Assembly: GCA_021737565.1 (NCBI GenBank) | Contig: JAIPDS010000004.1 | Location: forward strand, 1,205 to 65,204 | Reading direction: 5' to 3' | Length of the DNA stretch: 64,000 bases | Source: Desulfobacteraceae bacterium | Lineage (GTDB): Bacteria > Desulfobacterota > Desulfobacteria > Desulfobacterales > Desulfosalsimonadaceae | Part shown: in pieces, positions 49,020 to 59,222 of the stretch | Layout: every line of letters starts with the position of its first letter | How positions within the stretch are numbered: position 1 is the stretch's first letter | Program-made: the position numbers and the translations under genes | The notes under the pieces: generated by a model | The model's input: only the letters and a program-made list of their open reading frames with translations | Told to the model about the DNA's origin: nothing | The model's database searches: none

Positions 49020-49637
49020 TCAGATGTTTTTCGCATGTATGAGGGTCCAATAGCCCAGCAAATTAACCTGGCATGTCTCAACTACATGCATCGAATTTCC
49101 CTCAAGAAAAGCCTCCATGGAAAACCGCGGCCTGAATCCGAGCAGATTGCGAAACGGCAGCATGGCGGTTTCCACGATCCGGGGAATCAGCCTGTGGTTG
49201 CTGAAATGATTGAGCACGAATATATCACCACCCGGCTTGCATACGCGTCTGACTTCTGCCATCATTAAATCAGGATGCGGCACAACAGTAACCACGTACA
49301 TGAGTGCCACCTTGTCAAAGCTGTTGGTCGCAAAGCTCATGTTTTGAGCGTCCATCAGCGACAAATCGCGGGCACCGTCTGAATCACCGCTGTTTATGTG
49401 ATTTTTGGCAAGCCACAGCATGTGCGGGGATATATCTATGCCCACCACAAAGACCTCCTCCGGATAAAGCGGCAGAGAAAGCCCTGTACCCACGCCTACT
49501 TCCAGCACCCGCTGCCCGGGCTCTGCCTTCATTTTATCCACGAGAACACGGCGGCCGTGTTCAAATATTTTTCCGAAAATTTTGTCATAATAGCCGGCGT
49601 AACGCTTATAGGCCTTTATGACCGTTTTATCGTCCAT
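49020..49637 (-). CDS. Class I SAM methyltransferase, phosphatidylethanolamine N-methyltransferase-like
   Basis: AY..YA..YD..FG, LEVGVGTGLSL, GIDIS, LNHF (PmtA-like). Confidence 0.78.
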   Translation of the reverse strand: MDDKTVIKAYKRYAGYYDKIFGKIFEHGRRVLVDKMKAEPGQRVLEVGVGTGLSLPLYPEEVFVVGIDISPHMLWLAKNHINSGDSDGARDLSLMDAQNMSFATNSFDKVALMYVVTVVPHPDLMMAEVRRVCKPGGDIFVLNHFSNHRLIPRIVETAMLPFRNLLGFRPRFSMEAFLEGNSMHVVETCQVNLLGYWTLIHAKNI

Positions 49638-49962
49638 ACCCAGACTCCGAAACTCCTGGTAAGCAGATCTCTGACAAACCATCCAATTTCATTTGTTAAT
49701 TTACTGTTTACTGTTTATGTTAGTATCAAATCTGTATCCTGTTTGAAAGATTTTTCTTTTGCATCACCCCTTGAAGCCGGGACGCAGGGGCTCTTCTCCT
49801 TTCTTTAACAGCGCCGGCGCGAACTTAAAAGGATAATGGATTTTCCTTGACAGTTACGGCATTATCCGGTTAAGAGGATCTGGTAATGAGGCATGGTAAA
49901 AAAGTGAGTTATTTATAAATTCCGGATATACCAATCCGAAATAAGATCTTAGGTTCGCTGAA

Positions 49963-50040
49963 ATGAGCTTGAATTCAAGAAGCACCGGTTTCGGGAACTT
50001 TTTCTTTTTTAAAAAGTCTTCCCATGGACCGGCCAGCTGA
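49963..50040 (+). CDS. Phe-rich attenuator leader peptide (25 aa)
   Basis: MSLNSRSTGFGNFFFFKKSSHGPAS; overlaps the first pairing segment of the downstream attenuator. Confidence 0.75.
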   Translation: MSLNSRSTGFGNFFFFKKSSHGPAS

Positions 50041-50146
50041 GAAAATCAAACCGAATAACACAGGCAAGCCATGGGAAGACGCTTTCCAGCAGACCCATGG
50101 CTTTTTATTAAAAGGCTGTGGGGTTTTCCTGCAGCCTTTTTGTTTT
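50016..50146 (+). promoter_or_regulatory. Ribosome-mediated transcription attenuator
   Basis: Mutually exclusive pairings 50016-27:50069-80, 50066-75:50094-103, 50094-106:50110-122, and terminator 50110-122:50128-140 plus T-tract. Confidence 0.75.
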
Positions 50147-50213
50147 AAAATGTTGGCCGGCAGGACCCCGCGGCATCACAACCGGGTGAGTATCAGGCAA
50201 AAGGAGGAAAAAG

Positions 50214-51515
50214 ATGATCTATGACATCGAATACGAAACCATGCCCCGGGAAGCGCTGGAATCCATCCAGCTCAGGCGTCTGCAGGCAACGGTTTCCCGG
50301 GTTTACGCCACGGTGCCGTTTTACCGGAAGAAATTCGAAAATGCCGGCATAGGACCGGGAGACGTCAATTCACTGGACGACCTGCAAAAGCTTCCCTTTA
50401 CCAACAAGCAGGATTTAAGAGACAACTATCCCTTTGGAATGTTTGCCGTTCCCATGGACAACGTGGTTCGCATCCACGCCTCTTCAGGGACGACCGGCAA
50501 GCCTACTGTAGTGGGATATACCTCCAGGGACATAAACACCTGGGCGGAGCTTATGGCAAGGGCGCTTGCCGCAGGCGGGGCCACACGGGGCGACATTATT
50601 CACAACGCATACGGTTACGGCCTGTTTACAGGGGGCCTGGGAATCCATTACGGAGCCGAAAAGCTCGGCGCCTCGGTAATACCGGTATCAGGCGGCAATA
50701 CCAAGCGGCAGGTGTTGATAATGAAGGATTTCGGCCCCACGATCCTGACTTCCACGCCTTCCTATGCCCTGCATCTCGCCGAGGCTGCCGAGGACATGGG
50801 AGTATCCTTCAAGGACTTAAAATTCAAGTTCGGCGTGTTCGGCGCCGAGCCGTGGTCGGAAAACATGCGCCGGGAAATGGAGGAAAAACTCAATCTCACT
50901 GCGGTGGACATTTACGGGTTAAGCGAAGTAATAGGCCCGGGAGTTTCGATTGAATGTCACGAGGCAAAGGCGGGCTTACACATCGCAGAGGACCATTTTA
51001 TCGCCGAAATCATAGATCCCGGCACAGGCGAGGTTCTGCCATACGGCAAAACAGGGGAATTGGTTCTTACTTCCATCACCAAGGAAGCCTTTCCGGTGAT
51101 CCGCTACCGAACCCGCGATATTACCAGCTTAAACCCGGAGCCCTGCATCTGCGGACGCACCATGACCCGGATGAACAAGATAAGCGGCCGCACCGATGAC
51201 ATGCTCATCATCAGAGGTGTAAATGTTTTTCCCTCCCAAATAGAAAGCGTATTAATGGAAATAGAGGGGGTGGAGCCTCATTATCAGCTTGAAATCGACC
51301 GCAAGGACAATCTTGACACTCTCACGGTCAGGGTTGAGGTGAGCCAGGACACATTCTCCGATGCTGTCAAGGGACTGCAGCGCTTCGAGGAGACCATTGC
51401 AAGGGAAATAAAGGAACTGCTGGGTATATCCGCAATAGTCAAGCTTGCCGAACCCAAAAGCATTGCAAGAAGCGAAGGCAAGGCCGCCCGGGTTATTGAC
51501 AGGCGCAGCATATAA
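50214..51515 (+). CDS. paaK: Phenylacetate-CoA ligase
   Basis: [39 protein letters not shown]. Confidence 0.93.
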   Translation: MIYDIEYETMPREALESIQLRRLQATVSRVYATVPFYRKKFENAGIGPGDVNSLDDLQKLPFTNKQDLRDNYPFGMFAVPMDNVVRIHASSGTTGKPTVVGYTSRDINTWAELMARALAAGGATRGDIIHNAYGYGLFTGGLGIHYGAEKLGASVIPVSGGNTKRQVLIMKDFGPTILTSTPSYALHLAEAAEDMGVSFKDLKFKFGVFGAEPWSENMRREMEEKLNLTAVDIYGLSEVIGPGVSIECHEAKAGLHIAEDHFIAEIIDPGTGEVLPYGKTGELVLTSITKEAFPVIRYRTRDITSLNPEPCICGRTMTRMNKISGRTDDMLIIRGVNVFPSQIESVLMEIEGVEPHYQLEIDRKDNLDTLTVRVEVSQDTFSDAVKGLQRFEETIAREIKELLGISAIVKLAEPKSIARSEGKAARVIDRRSI

Positions 51516-51563
51516 AAACAAAAACGGTTTTAATTTAACCAGACTATTCCAAGGAGGGGATCC

Positions 51564-51995
51564 ATGCAAGCCGAACAGATTTCAATCTTTCTTGAAAACA
51601 AGGCCGGCCGCCTTTCCGAGGTTACGGGAATTCTTTCGGAAAACGGTGTAAACATCCGCGCCCTGGCGCTGGCCGATACAACGGACTTCGGGGTGCTAAG
51701 ACTTATTGTAGACGACAACGCCAAAGCTGAACAGGTGCTTAAAAACGAAGGATTCACCGTAAGGAAAACCAAGGTCGTTGCAGTAGAGGTAATGGACCGT
51801 CCCGGAGGTCTTCACAGTATACTTGAAGTCCTTTACAAGGCCGGGATCAATGTGGAATACATGTATGCCTTTGTGCGCCAGAGCGGAAGCAACGCGGTGA
51901 TGATCTTTCGTTTCGACCAGCCCGAAGAAGCCATCCGGGTACTTTCGGAAAACGGCGTGGCCATTGTCCAGGGAGACAAGCTTTACAGCATGTAA
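51564..51995 (+). CDS. Tandem ACT-domain protein
   Basis: [27 protein letters not shown]. Confidence 0.92.
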   Translation: MQAEQISIFLENKAGRLSEVTGILSENGVNIRALALADTTDFGVLRLIVDDNAKAEQVLKNEGFTVRKTKVVAVEVMDRPGGLHSILEVLYKAGINVEYMYAFVRQSGSNAVMIFRFDQPEEAIRVLSENGVAIVQGDKLYSM

Positions 51996-52039
51996 CAATG
52001 GCAGCATGCTTTAACACTAAAACATAAAGGAGAGTTGTT

Positions 52040-53209
52040 ATGATGTTATCCGGTAAATGCTTCAGGGTTTTTACAGCCGCAGCCGTGATAGCGGCCCTGG
52101 CAATAGTTCTTGGCCCGGCGGCCTCAGCGGAAGCCGGGGAAAAGACCTACAAACTGGGAGGGATATTTTCAGTTACAGGACCCGCATCGTTTCTGGGGGA
52201 TCCGGAGAAAAAATCAATGAACCTTGCCGTTGACGAGATCAATGAATCAGGAGGTGTCGACGGCCGCATGCTTGAAACCGTAATCTACGATACTGAGGGA
52301 GACCCGTCCAAGACTGTTACCTCAACCGGCAAACTCATAAACAGGGACCAGGTAACAGCAATTATCGGCCCCAGCCGCACCCCGACTACCCTGGCGGTTG
52401 TTCCCATGGTAAAACGGGCAAAACTTCCGTTTATAAGCTGCGCAGCGGGCAACAAGATCGTCCAGCCCGTAAAGTCCTGGGTATTTAAGACCGCCCAGAG
52501 CGACATACAGGCGGTTGCCGCCATTTACGGGCATATCAAGCAAAGAGGCATTAAAAAAGTCGCCATTATAACCGTTGCAAACGCATTCGGCGAAAGCGGA
52601 AAAGAACAGCTAATCGAGCAGGCATCAGACTTCGGGCTCACGGTGGTCAGCAGCGAAAGCTTCGGGGCCGACGATTCGGATATGACCGCTCAGCTCACAA
52701 AGATACGGCAGGAAGACCCGGGGGCGATCGTCTGCTGGGGGACAAACCCCGGACCTGCTGTAGTAGCCAAAAACGTAAAACAGCTCGAACTTGATATTCC
52801 GCTTTATCAGAGCCACGGCGTGGCCTCTCCAAAGTTCATCAAACTGGCCGGAGATGCGGCAGAAGGCATCCTTCTGCCCACAGGCAAAATTCTGGTGGCC
52901 AACCAGCTGCCCGAAGACGATCCCCAGAAAGAGGTTCTTACCCACTACATTAAAGCCTATGAAAGCCGATACAATGAAACGGTCTCGGGATTCGGCGGCT
53001 ATGCTTACGATGCTGTCTATCTGCTGGCCAGGGCAATGGAGGGCACAGACGGGGACAAGGAGAAAATCCGCGAAAACCTGGAAAATATCAGCGGTCATGC
53101 CGGCATAAGCGGCGTGTTTAATTTCAGCAAAACAGATCACAACGGTCTTGATCCATCAGCCTTTGTAATGGTGAGAATCAAGGACGGCGACTGGGAGCTG
53201 GTGGAATAA
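52040..53209 (+). CDS. HAAT (Liv-type) ABC transporter substrate-binding protein
   Basis: Signal peptide; SVTGPASFLG, INESGGVDGR, YDAV. Confidence 0.9.
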   Translation: MMLSGKCFRVFTAAAVIAALAIVLGPAASAEAGEKTYKLGGIFSVTGPASFLGDPEKKSMNLAVDEINESGGVDGRMLETVIYDTEGDPSKTVTSTGKLINRDQVTAIIGPSRTPTTLAVVPMVKRAKLPFISCAAGNKIVQPVKSWVFKTAQSDIQAVAAIYGHIKQRGIKKVAIITVANAFGESGKEQLIEQASDFGLTVVSSESFGADDSDMTAQLTKIRQEDPGAIVCWGTNPGPAVVAKNVKQLELDIPLYQSHGVASPKFIKLAGDAAEGILLPTGKILVANQLPEDDPQKEVLTHYIKAYESRYNETVSGFGGYAYDAVYLLARAMEGTDGDKEKIRENLENISGHAGISGVFNFSKTDHNGLDPSAFVMVRIKDGDWELVE

Positions 53210-53227
53210 GACGATCCGGAGCGGCGC

Positions 53228-54103
53228 ATGCAGGAAATTTTGCAGTATTTTTTCTCCGGTGTCACCAATGGTGCGATTTACGCCGTAATCGCAGTGGGCT
53301 TTTCCATGCTCTACAATTCCACCGAGCTGATAAATTTTGCCCACGGCGAATTTGTAATGCTCGGGGCCTTGTGCATGATAAGCTTGTCCGCGGGCTTTGA
53401 GATGCACCTGGTGCCCGCCTTCCTGATAACAATGGCGGCGGTGGGAGCGGCCGGCATGCTGTTTGAGCGCCTGGCGATCCGTCCGGTGCGGCACCCGCAA
53501 CACGTGGTCCTGATAATAATAACAGTGGGCGCCTCGATTTTTTTACGCGGTATCGGAATGCTGATATGGGGAAAGGACTCATACACCATGCCGCCGTTTT
53601 CAGCCCATTCTCCCGTTGACGTGGCGGGCGCCAAGCTGCTGGCGCAAAGTGTCTGGATTCTTGTAATTGTCATGACCCTGACCGCCGGGCTTCATCTTTT
53701 TTACCGCCGGTCACTGACGGGAAAAGCCATGACGGCATGTGCCGTAAACAAGAAGGCGGCATGGATCGTCGGCATCCCGACAAAGTGGATGGTACTGCTG
53801 GCATTCGGCCTGGCAACAGCAATGGGAGCCGTCGCCGGGGCGAGTATTGCACCGATTACAATGTCGAGCTACGGCATGGGTACGATTCTGGGGCTGAAGG
53901 GATTCTGCGCCGCTATGCTGGGAGGGCTGGGCAGCCTTTGGGGGGCGATCCTGGGCGGCTTTCTGCTCGGCATACTGGAGGCAATGGGCGTGGGATTTGT
54001 AAGCTCCGGCTTAAAAGACGCCACGGCCTTTGTCCTGCTGCTTGCGGTGCTGTATGTGCGCCCCCAGGGAATTGTCGGTTCTCGAAAAGTTCAACGGTTC
54101 TGA
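53228..54103 (+). CDS. HAAT ABC transporter permease (LivH-like)
   Basis: GAIYAVIAVG, INFAHGE, LGGLGS. Confidence 0.9.
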   Translation: MQEILQYFFSGVTNGAIYAVIAVGFSMLYNSTELINFAHGEFVMLGALCMISLSAGFEMHLVPAFLITMAAVGAAGMLFERLAIRPVRHPQHVVLIIITVGASIFLRGIGMLIWGKDSYTMPPFSAHSPVDVAGAKLLAQSVWILVIVMTLTAGLHLFYRRSLTGKAMTACAVNKKAAWIVGIPTKWMVLLAFGLATAMGAVAGASIAPITMSSYGMGTILGLKGFCAAMLGGLGSLWGAILGGFLLGILEAMGVGFVSSGLKDATAFVLLLAVLYVRPQGIVGSRKVQRF

Positions 54104-54107
54104 TTCA

Positions 54108-55061
54108 ATGGACAGCAGATACCGAAAAATCGTGTATATCGTGTTCGCTGTTGCGGTTGTCTGTATCGGACTGGCGGTAAAGAACGCCTATTATCTGCAG
54201 ATGCTCATATTTATAGGGCTAAACACCCTGCTGGCCCTGTCTCTTAACATGCTCATGGGTTATGCGGGCCAGATTTCCCTGGGGCATGCCGCATTCTACG
54301 GTATCGGCGCATACATGACTGCAGTGCTTACAGCGAGCTATCACGTCCCTCCGCTTCTTGCTCTTCCCGCCGCAATAGGCGCTGCCATGGTCGTGGCATG
54401 GATAGTCGGCGTTCCAACCCTGAGGCTAACGGGCTATTACCTGGGAATGGGAACGCTTGGCTTTGGCATGATAGTTCACATAGTGCTTCGGGAATGGAGC
54501 AGCGTCACGGGGGGCGCCTCTGGATTCGTCGGGATACCGCCGCTTGCCGCAGGCCCCCTGGTGATAGATTCAGAACAACATTATTTTTTTCTTGTATGGG
54601 CCATGGTGCTGCTTTGCATTATAATGTGCACCCGCATCATCGATTCGAGAGTGGGCCGTGCCCTTCGGGCTATTCACGACGGGGAGATGGCAGCAGCCGC
54701 TGTGGGCGTAAACACCAAAAAACTAAAACTGCAGGTATTTATCTTAAGCGCAGGCATGGCGGCCCTGGCCGGATTTCTCTACGCCCACCTGATCTATTTT
54801 GTCAGCCCCGGCACATTCGGATTTCTTGCCTCCATCCGCATTGTCACAATGGTTGTCATAGGGGGCATGGCAAGCATATGGGGCTCGCTTTTCGGGGCTT
54901 CTCTTCTTACGCTGCTGCCTGAATGGCTGCATGCATTCTCCGAGTTTGAAATGGTGGTATACGGGCTGATTCTCATGACTGTAATGATATTTCTGCCCCG
55001 GGGGCTTACCCGTGGTGTGCTCGACCTTTTTGAACGCTGGCGCAAAACCAATGACAGATAA
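54108..55061 (+). CDS. HAAT ABC transporter permease (LivM-like)
   Basis: GYAGQISLGHAAF, TGGASG, GRALRAI. Confidence 0.9.
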   Translation: MDSRYRKIVYIVFAVAVVCIGLAVKNAYYLQMLIFIGLNTLLALSLNMLMGYAGQISLGHAAFYGIGAYMTAVLTASYHVPPLLALPAAIGAAMVVAWIVGVPTLRLTGYYLGMGTLGFGMIVHIVLREWSSVTGGASGFVGIPPLAAGPLVIDSEQHYFFLVWAMVLLCIIMCTRIIDSRVGRALRAIHDGEMAAAAVGVNTKKLKLQVFILSAGMAALAGFLYAHLIYFVSPGTFGFLASIRIVTMVVIGGMASIWGSLFGASLLTLLPEWLHAFSEFEMVVYGLILMTVMIFLPRGLTRGVLDLFERWRKTNDR

Positions 55062-55857
55062 CCGCATCCTGCTTGAAATAAAAAACGTAGACAAAGCATT
55101 CGGCGGAATACGGGCTCTGCGCGATATCAGTTTCTGCCTGCAGGACAGATCCATTACCGGCCTTATAGGACCAAACGGCGCGGGTAAGACCACGCTTTTC
55201 AACCTGATAACGGGAATTTTTCCCGCAGACAATGGCGAAATCCGGTTTAACGGCCGCTCCGTAAACGGATTCCGGGTCCATGAACTGGTCGGGCTCGGCA
55301 TTGCCCGGACCTTCCAGAACGTGGAACTCTTCGAAAGCATGACCGCTCTGGAAAACATTATGGTGGGGATGCATACCCGCACCGGGTGCGGAATGATAGG
55401 AAGCATACTAAGATTGCCAAATATAATAAATGAAGAGCGCCGGGCAAGGACAAAGGCCATCGACCTGCTCAAATTCGTGGGACTGGAGAAATACGCGCAC
55501 CAAAAAAGCGGGGATCTCCCCTTTGGCTGGCAGCGTCTGCTGGAGCTTGCCAGGGCGCTTGCCGCAGAGCCCGAACTGCTTTTACTCGACGAACCCGCGG
55601 CCGGACTAAACATGTCCGAAACCCGGGAACTGGGAGGCCTGATAAGGCAGATCAGGGATCAGGGCGTGAGCATTCTCCTTGTGGAACATGACATGAATCT
55701 TACCATGTCGATATCGGATAAAATAGTGGTGCTTGACCAGGGCAGTAAAATCGCAGAAGGCCCCCCGCGGGCCGTGCAGTCTGACGAAGCCGTAATGGCG
55801 GCATATCTGGGCAAGGCAAAAAAACAGGAACAGCATGCTTCGCATACGAAATCTTAA
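55051..55857 (+). CDS. HAAT ABC transporter ATPase (LivG-like)
   Basis: GPNGAGKTT, ARTFQ, LLDEPAAG, AYLG. Confidence 0.92.
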   Translation: MTDNRILLEIKNVDKAFGGIRALRDISFCLQDRSITGLIGPNGAGKTTLFNLITGIFPADNGEIRFNGRSVNGFRVHELVGLGIARTFQNVELFESMTALENIMVGMHTRTGCGMIGSILRLPNIINEERRARTKAIDLLKFVGLEKYAHQKSGDLPFGWQRLLELARALAAEPELLLLDEPAAGLNMSETRELGGLIRQIRDQGVSILLVEHDMNLTMSISDKIVVLDQGSKIAEGPPRAVQSDEAVMAAYLGKAKKQEQHASHTKS

Positions 55858-56575
55858 ATGTTATTATGGCCGGATAATGGCCGTAAAGGGCGTGAGCCTC
55901 TCGGTTAACCAAGGTGAAATCATCTGCCTTATAGGGGCCAACGGCTCGGGCAAGACGACCCTTCTGTCTGCTGTATGCGGCCTGCTGCCGGACTGGACAG
56001 GCGAGATAAATTTCATGGGCAGGAGTTTAAAGAACCTTGATCCGCCCGCGGTTGTCCGCTCGGGCATAAGTCTCGTACCCGAGGGAAGACTGATCTTCCC
56101 CCCCCTTTCAGTACTGGATAACCTGAAGCTGGGGGCTTATACCAGGTATAAAAAAAGGGCTGTACATGAGATCGGACAGGACATGGAAACCGTAACAACG
56201 CTTTTTCCGATACTAAAGGAACGGTTTGATCAGCCCGCCGGAACCCTTTCAGGAGGCGAACAGCAGATGCTGGCCGTGGGCCGGGCTCTTATGGCCCGCC
56301 CGAAACTTTTGCTGCTCGATGAACCTTCCATGGGGCTGGCCCCCATGATAGTGGAAAAAATAATGGAGGTCCTCGAAATTTTGAGATCCAAAGGGCTTAC
56401 TATCGTTCTGGTGGAGCAGAACGCGCTTGCGGCCCTCGCGATTGCCGACCGCGGATATGTTTTTGAGACCGGAACCGTGGTTCTCCAGGGCGGGGCCGGG
56501 GAACTGCTGGCCGACAAGGATGTAAAACGTGCCTATCTGGGCAAGGATTATGGAGATTTCTACGATGCCGGATGA
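55835..56575 (+). CDS. HAAT ABC transporter ATPase (LivF-like)
   Basis: GANGSGKTT, VPEGR, LSGGEQQML, DEPSMGLAP. Confidence 0.92.
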   Translation: MLRIRNLKCYYGRIMAVKGVSLSVNQGEIICLIGANGSGKTTLLSAVCGLLPDWTGEINFMGRSLKNLDPPAVVRSGISLVPEGRLIFPPLSVLDNLKLGAYTRYKKRAVHEIGQDMETVTTLFPILKERFDQPAGTLSGGEQQMLAVGRALMARPKLLLLDEPSMGLAPMIVEKIMEVLEILRSKGLTIVLVEQNALAALAIADRGYVFETGTVVLQGGAGELLADKDVKRAYLGKDYGDFYDAG

Positions 56576-57815
56576 TCCTTCTTTTACGCTTAAGCAGGAG
56601 GAAAAACACCAGATGCAGCTTGAACGGCTGCAAAGTACTTTGAACCGGGCATACAAACACGTGCCCTTTCATGCAAACCGGTTTGAAGTCATTGGGATTG
56701 AACCCGGGGATATCGCCACCCTGACGGACATAGAGAAGCTTCCGTTCATGGAGAGGGCGGATTTCAGCGAACATTACCCTTACGAGCTGTTTGCGGTGCC
56801 CCTAAGGGACATAGTGCGCATCCATACCGCGCCCGGCACCACCCGAAATCCTACTGTAAGCGGCTACACCCCGCAGGATCTTGACCAGTGGAAAAGCATA
56901 CTCTCCCGTGCCATGAAAGCGGCCGGCACAACCCCTTCAGATATCCTCCAGATCGCGCTTAACCCAGGTCTTGCCAACTGGGGCAGGGATTACAAGGACG
57001 GTGCTGAATCCATGGGGGCAAGCGTTATTCCAAACACTCAGCTCTCTTTTGAAAAACACCTGATGGTGCTCAGGGACTACAAAACCACAGTGCTTGTAAC
57101 AACCCCGGCCATGGCCGGCCATCTGGCCGACTACATGGCGGATACGGGGCTCGGCCCCGCCTCTCTTTCCCTTCACACGCTGATTTTCTGCGGAGAAAGC
57201 GCTGATGCGAATTTTCGCAAAAACATCGAGGACCGGATGCATGTTCGCACCTGGACGCACTACGGACTAAGCGAGGTCCCCGGCCCTGCGATAGGATTTG
57301 AATGCAGCGGGCACAAGGGACTCCACATAAACGAAGACCATTTTCTGCCCGAAATCGTGGACCCCAGCACCGGATCCCCCCTGCCGGAGGGGAAAGAAGG
57401 GGAGCTGGTTTTAACAACCCTTACCACGCGGGCTTTTCCCCTGATCCGTTTTAAGACGGGCGACCGGGCCCGGGTGCTAAAAGAGCCCTGCCCGTGCGGC
57501 AGCAGCCTGGCGCGCATACAGTGGAAAGGCGAGCGCACAGATGATATCATGAATATTGACGGTGTTAACGTCCACGGCCGCCAGGTGGTTTTTCACCTGG
57601 AAAACATGATGAGTCTGGCAAAAGACTCTGTATCTTTGCAGACCGTGTACAGCGAAGGCAGAAAACTGCTTGAGGTATTTATACGGATGAACGACGAGAT
57701 TTTCTCAGATGAGATAAAAGAGCTGGAAAAGCTTCTGCGCCGCTGTGAAGGCCGGCTCAGGGAAAACCTGGGCGTTCCCGTGGTAATACGGCTGGTTGAA
57801 TCAACAAGCCCTTAA
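56565..57815 (+). CDS. Divergent phenylacetate-CoA ligase paralog
   Basis: Collinear with paaK (YGLSE, FPLIRF.TGD) but P-loop reads TAPGTTRNP and the C-terminal Lys motif is absent. Confidence 0.85.
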   Translation: MPDDPSFTLKQEEKHQMQLERLQSTLNRAYKHVPFHANRFEVIGIEPGDIATLTDIEKLPFMERADFSEHYPYELFAVPLRDIVRIHTAPGTTRNPTVSGYTPQDLDQWKSILSRAMKAAGTTPSDILQIALNPGLANWGRDYKDGAESMGASVIPNTQLSFEKHLMVLRDYKTTVLVTTPAMAGHLADYMADTGLGPASLSLHTLIFCGESADANFRKNIEDRMHVRTWTHYGLSEVPGPAIGFECSGHKGLHINEDHFLPEIVDPSTGSPLPEGKEGELVLTTLTTRAFPLIRFKTGDRARVLKEPCPCGSSLARIQWKGERTDDIMNIDGVNVHGRQVVFHLENMMSLAKDSVSLQTVYSEGRKLLEVFIRMNDEIFSDEIKELEKLLRRCEGRLRENLGVPVVIRLVESTSP

Positions 57816-57848
57816 ACTCTCCGGCCGATATTTCAGGAGACCGGGGGC

Positions 57849-58292
57849 TTATTTGGCTATCTCGTAAGATTCTATTGAAATCTCAAGGCTTTCAGGGAGA
57901 TCTTCCGGAACCTTATCCATTCTGGGCGAGAAAAAGGCCACTTCCCCGAACTCGAAATTCTCGCTGGCTCCGGCGGGCAGGCTGGCTATTACGTCTTTTT
58001 GATGCTCCATCTTTGCATAGTCGCTTACAAACCACTCGTTTCCAACTATTTCTTCGCTGCAGGATCTGCAGTACCCGGTTACCTCCACGTTTTTTACATC
58101 CACCTCGCCTTTATTGACAATAGTGCCTTTTGCATTGACAACATAATCACTTTCACTCTTTTCGATGGAGAATTCGTAGTCCGAGATCTCCAGCAGCGCC
58201 TCTTTTTCCCCGCATCCCGCAAGCCACGCGACCCCGAACAACACTAAAACAAAAAAAACGATCAGCTTTGTAAACATTGTTTTATTATGCAT
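57849..58292 (-). CDS. Lipoprotein of unknown function with CxxC (paralog 1)
   Basis: Lipobox LAGC; strong similarity to the neighbour at 58510-58968. Confidence 0.8.
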   Translation of the reverse strand: MHNKTMFTKLIVFFVLVLFGVAWLAGCGEKEALLEISDYEFSIEKSESDYVVNAKGTIVNKGEVDVKNVEVTGYCRSCSEEIVGNEWFVSDYAKMEHQKDVIASLPAGASENFEFGEVAFFSPRMDKVPEDLPESLEISIESYEIAK

Positions 58293-58509
58293 GCTTCTGT
58301 TACCTCCTTGTTGTTACACCCGAATTTCATGGGCTTTGAAAATTTTTCCAAGTAAAACAAAGTATCCGGGAATCAATGCAGAAAGCACTTATATTATTTT
58401 TAGTAGCATTCGGGCTGTTTGTCAATAAAATTCAGTCCCTTTTCACCGGCAGATGATATTCCGGGATTGACAGATGAACCGCTTCCCGTAAAACCCTTAT
58501 GCCCGGGTC

Positions 58510-58968
58510 TTAGTTTCCGGAAATTTCATATGATTCGATCACTATCTCGAACTCATGTTCCTCCGGTACCCCCTCGGGCTCGGCGATTCCTTCCGGGGCG
58601 GGATAATATGCGATATCCTCAAACGTAAAATCACTTCTGCCCCCTGCCGGCAGATAACCGATAACATCTTTCTGATGGGCCATTTTTTCATAATCATCTA
58701 CAAACCATTCCCCGTTTATGATCTCTTCGCCGCAGGTTCTGCAGTAACCGGTCACTTCAACGTTTTTAACGTCGGTTTCCCCCCTGTTGACGATGGTTCC
58801 CTTTGCATTTACAATAATGAGATTTGATTCAGTGTCTTCGCTGAGAAACAGCTCATAGTCCTCGATTTCCAGGTTTGCCTGTTTTTTTTCATTTCCACAT
58901 CCTGAAACAAGCAGCATAATGGCTGCCAAAACAATGCCCCACAATATCCATCTTGCATTTCCAAACAT
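58510..58968 (-). CDS. Lipoprotein of unknown function with CxxC (paralog 2)
   Basis: Lipobox VSGC; GGAGGGAG RBS; shares VNAKGTIVN.GE.DVKNVEVTGYCR.C. Confidence 0.8.
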   Translation of the reverse strand: MFGNARWILWGIVLAAIMLLVSGCGNEKKQANLEIEDYELFLSEDTESNLIIVNAKGTIVNRGETDVKNVEVTGYCRTCGEEIINGEWFVDDYEKMAHQKDVIGYLPAGGRSDFTFEDIAYYPAPEGIAEPEGVPEEHEFEIVIESYEISGN

Positions 58969-59222
58969 TTTCTCCCTCCTTTTCTTCTAATAAATTGTTA
59001 TCAAGGCGCTTTTTGGCATCTTAATGTAATATATTGTTGCTCATTAATTAAAACAAAATTCAAGCAAACAATCAAGCATTTCTCTTTTCCATACAGACCA
59101 GGACCTGCCCACCAGAACCGCCGCAGCCGAGGATCATTTTTTTCTTGATTTCAGTCTCCACGCAGTTTAAAAATATTATAGGTTCAAATAAAAAATCAAT
59201 TATTTCAAGCAAAAAATGGAGA

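Noticed and set aside
50024-50224. 66-aa ORF upstream of paaK
   Set aside because: It runs through the attenuator hairpins and has no RBS; the Phe-rich leader explains the region better
54744-55613. 289-aa minus-strand ORF
   Set aside because: Typical antisense shadow of ABC ATPase and permease genes
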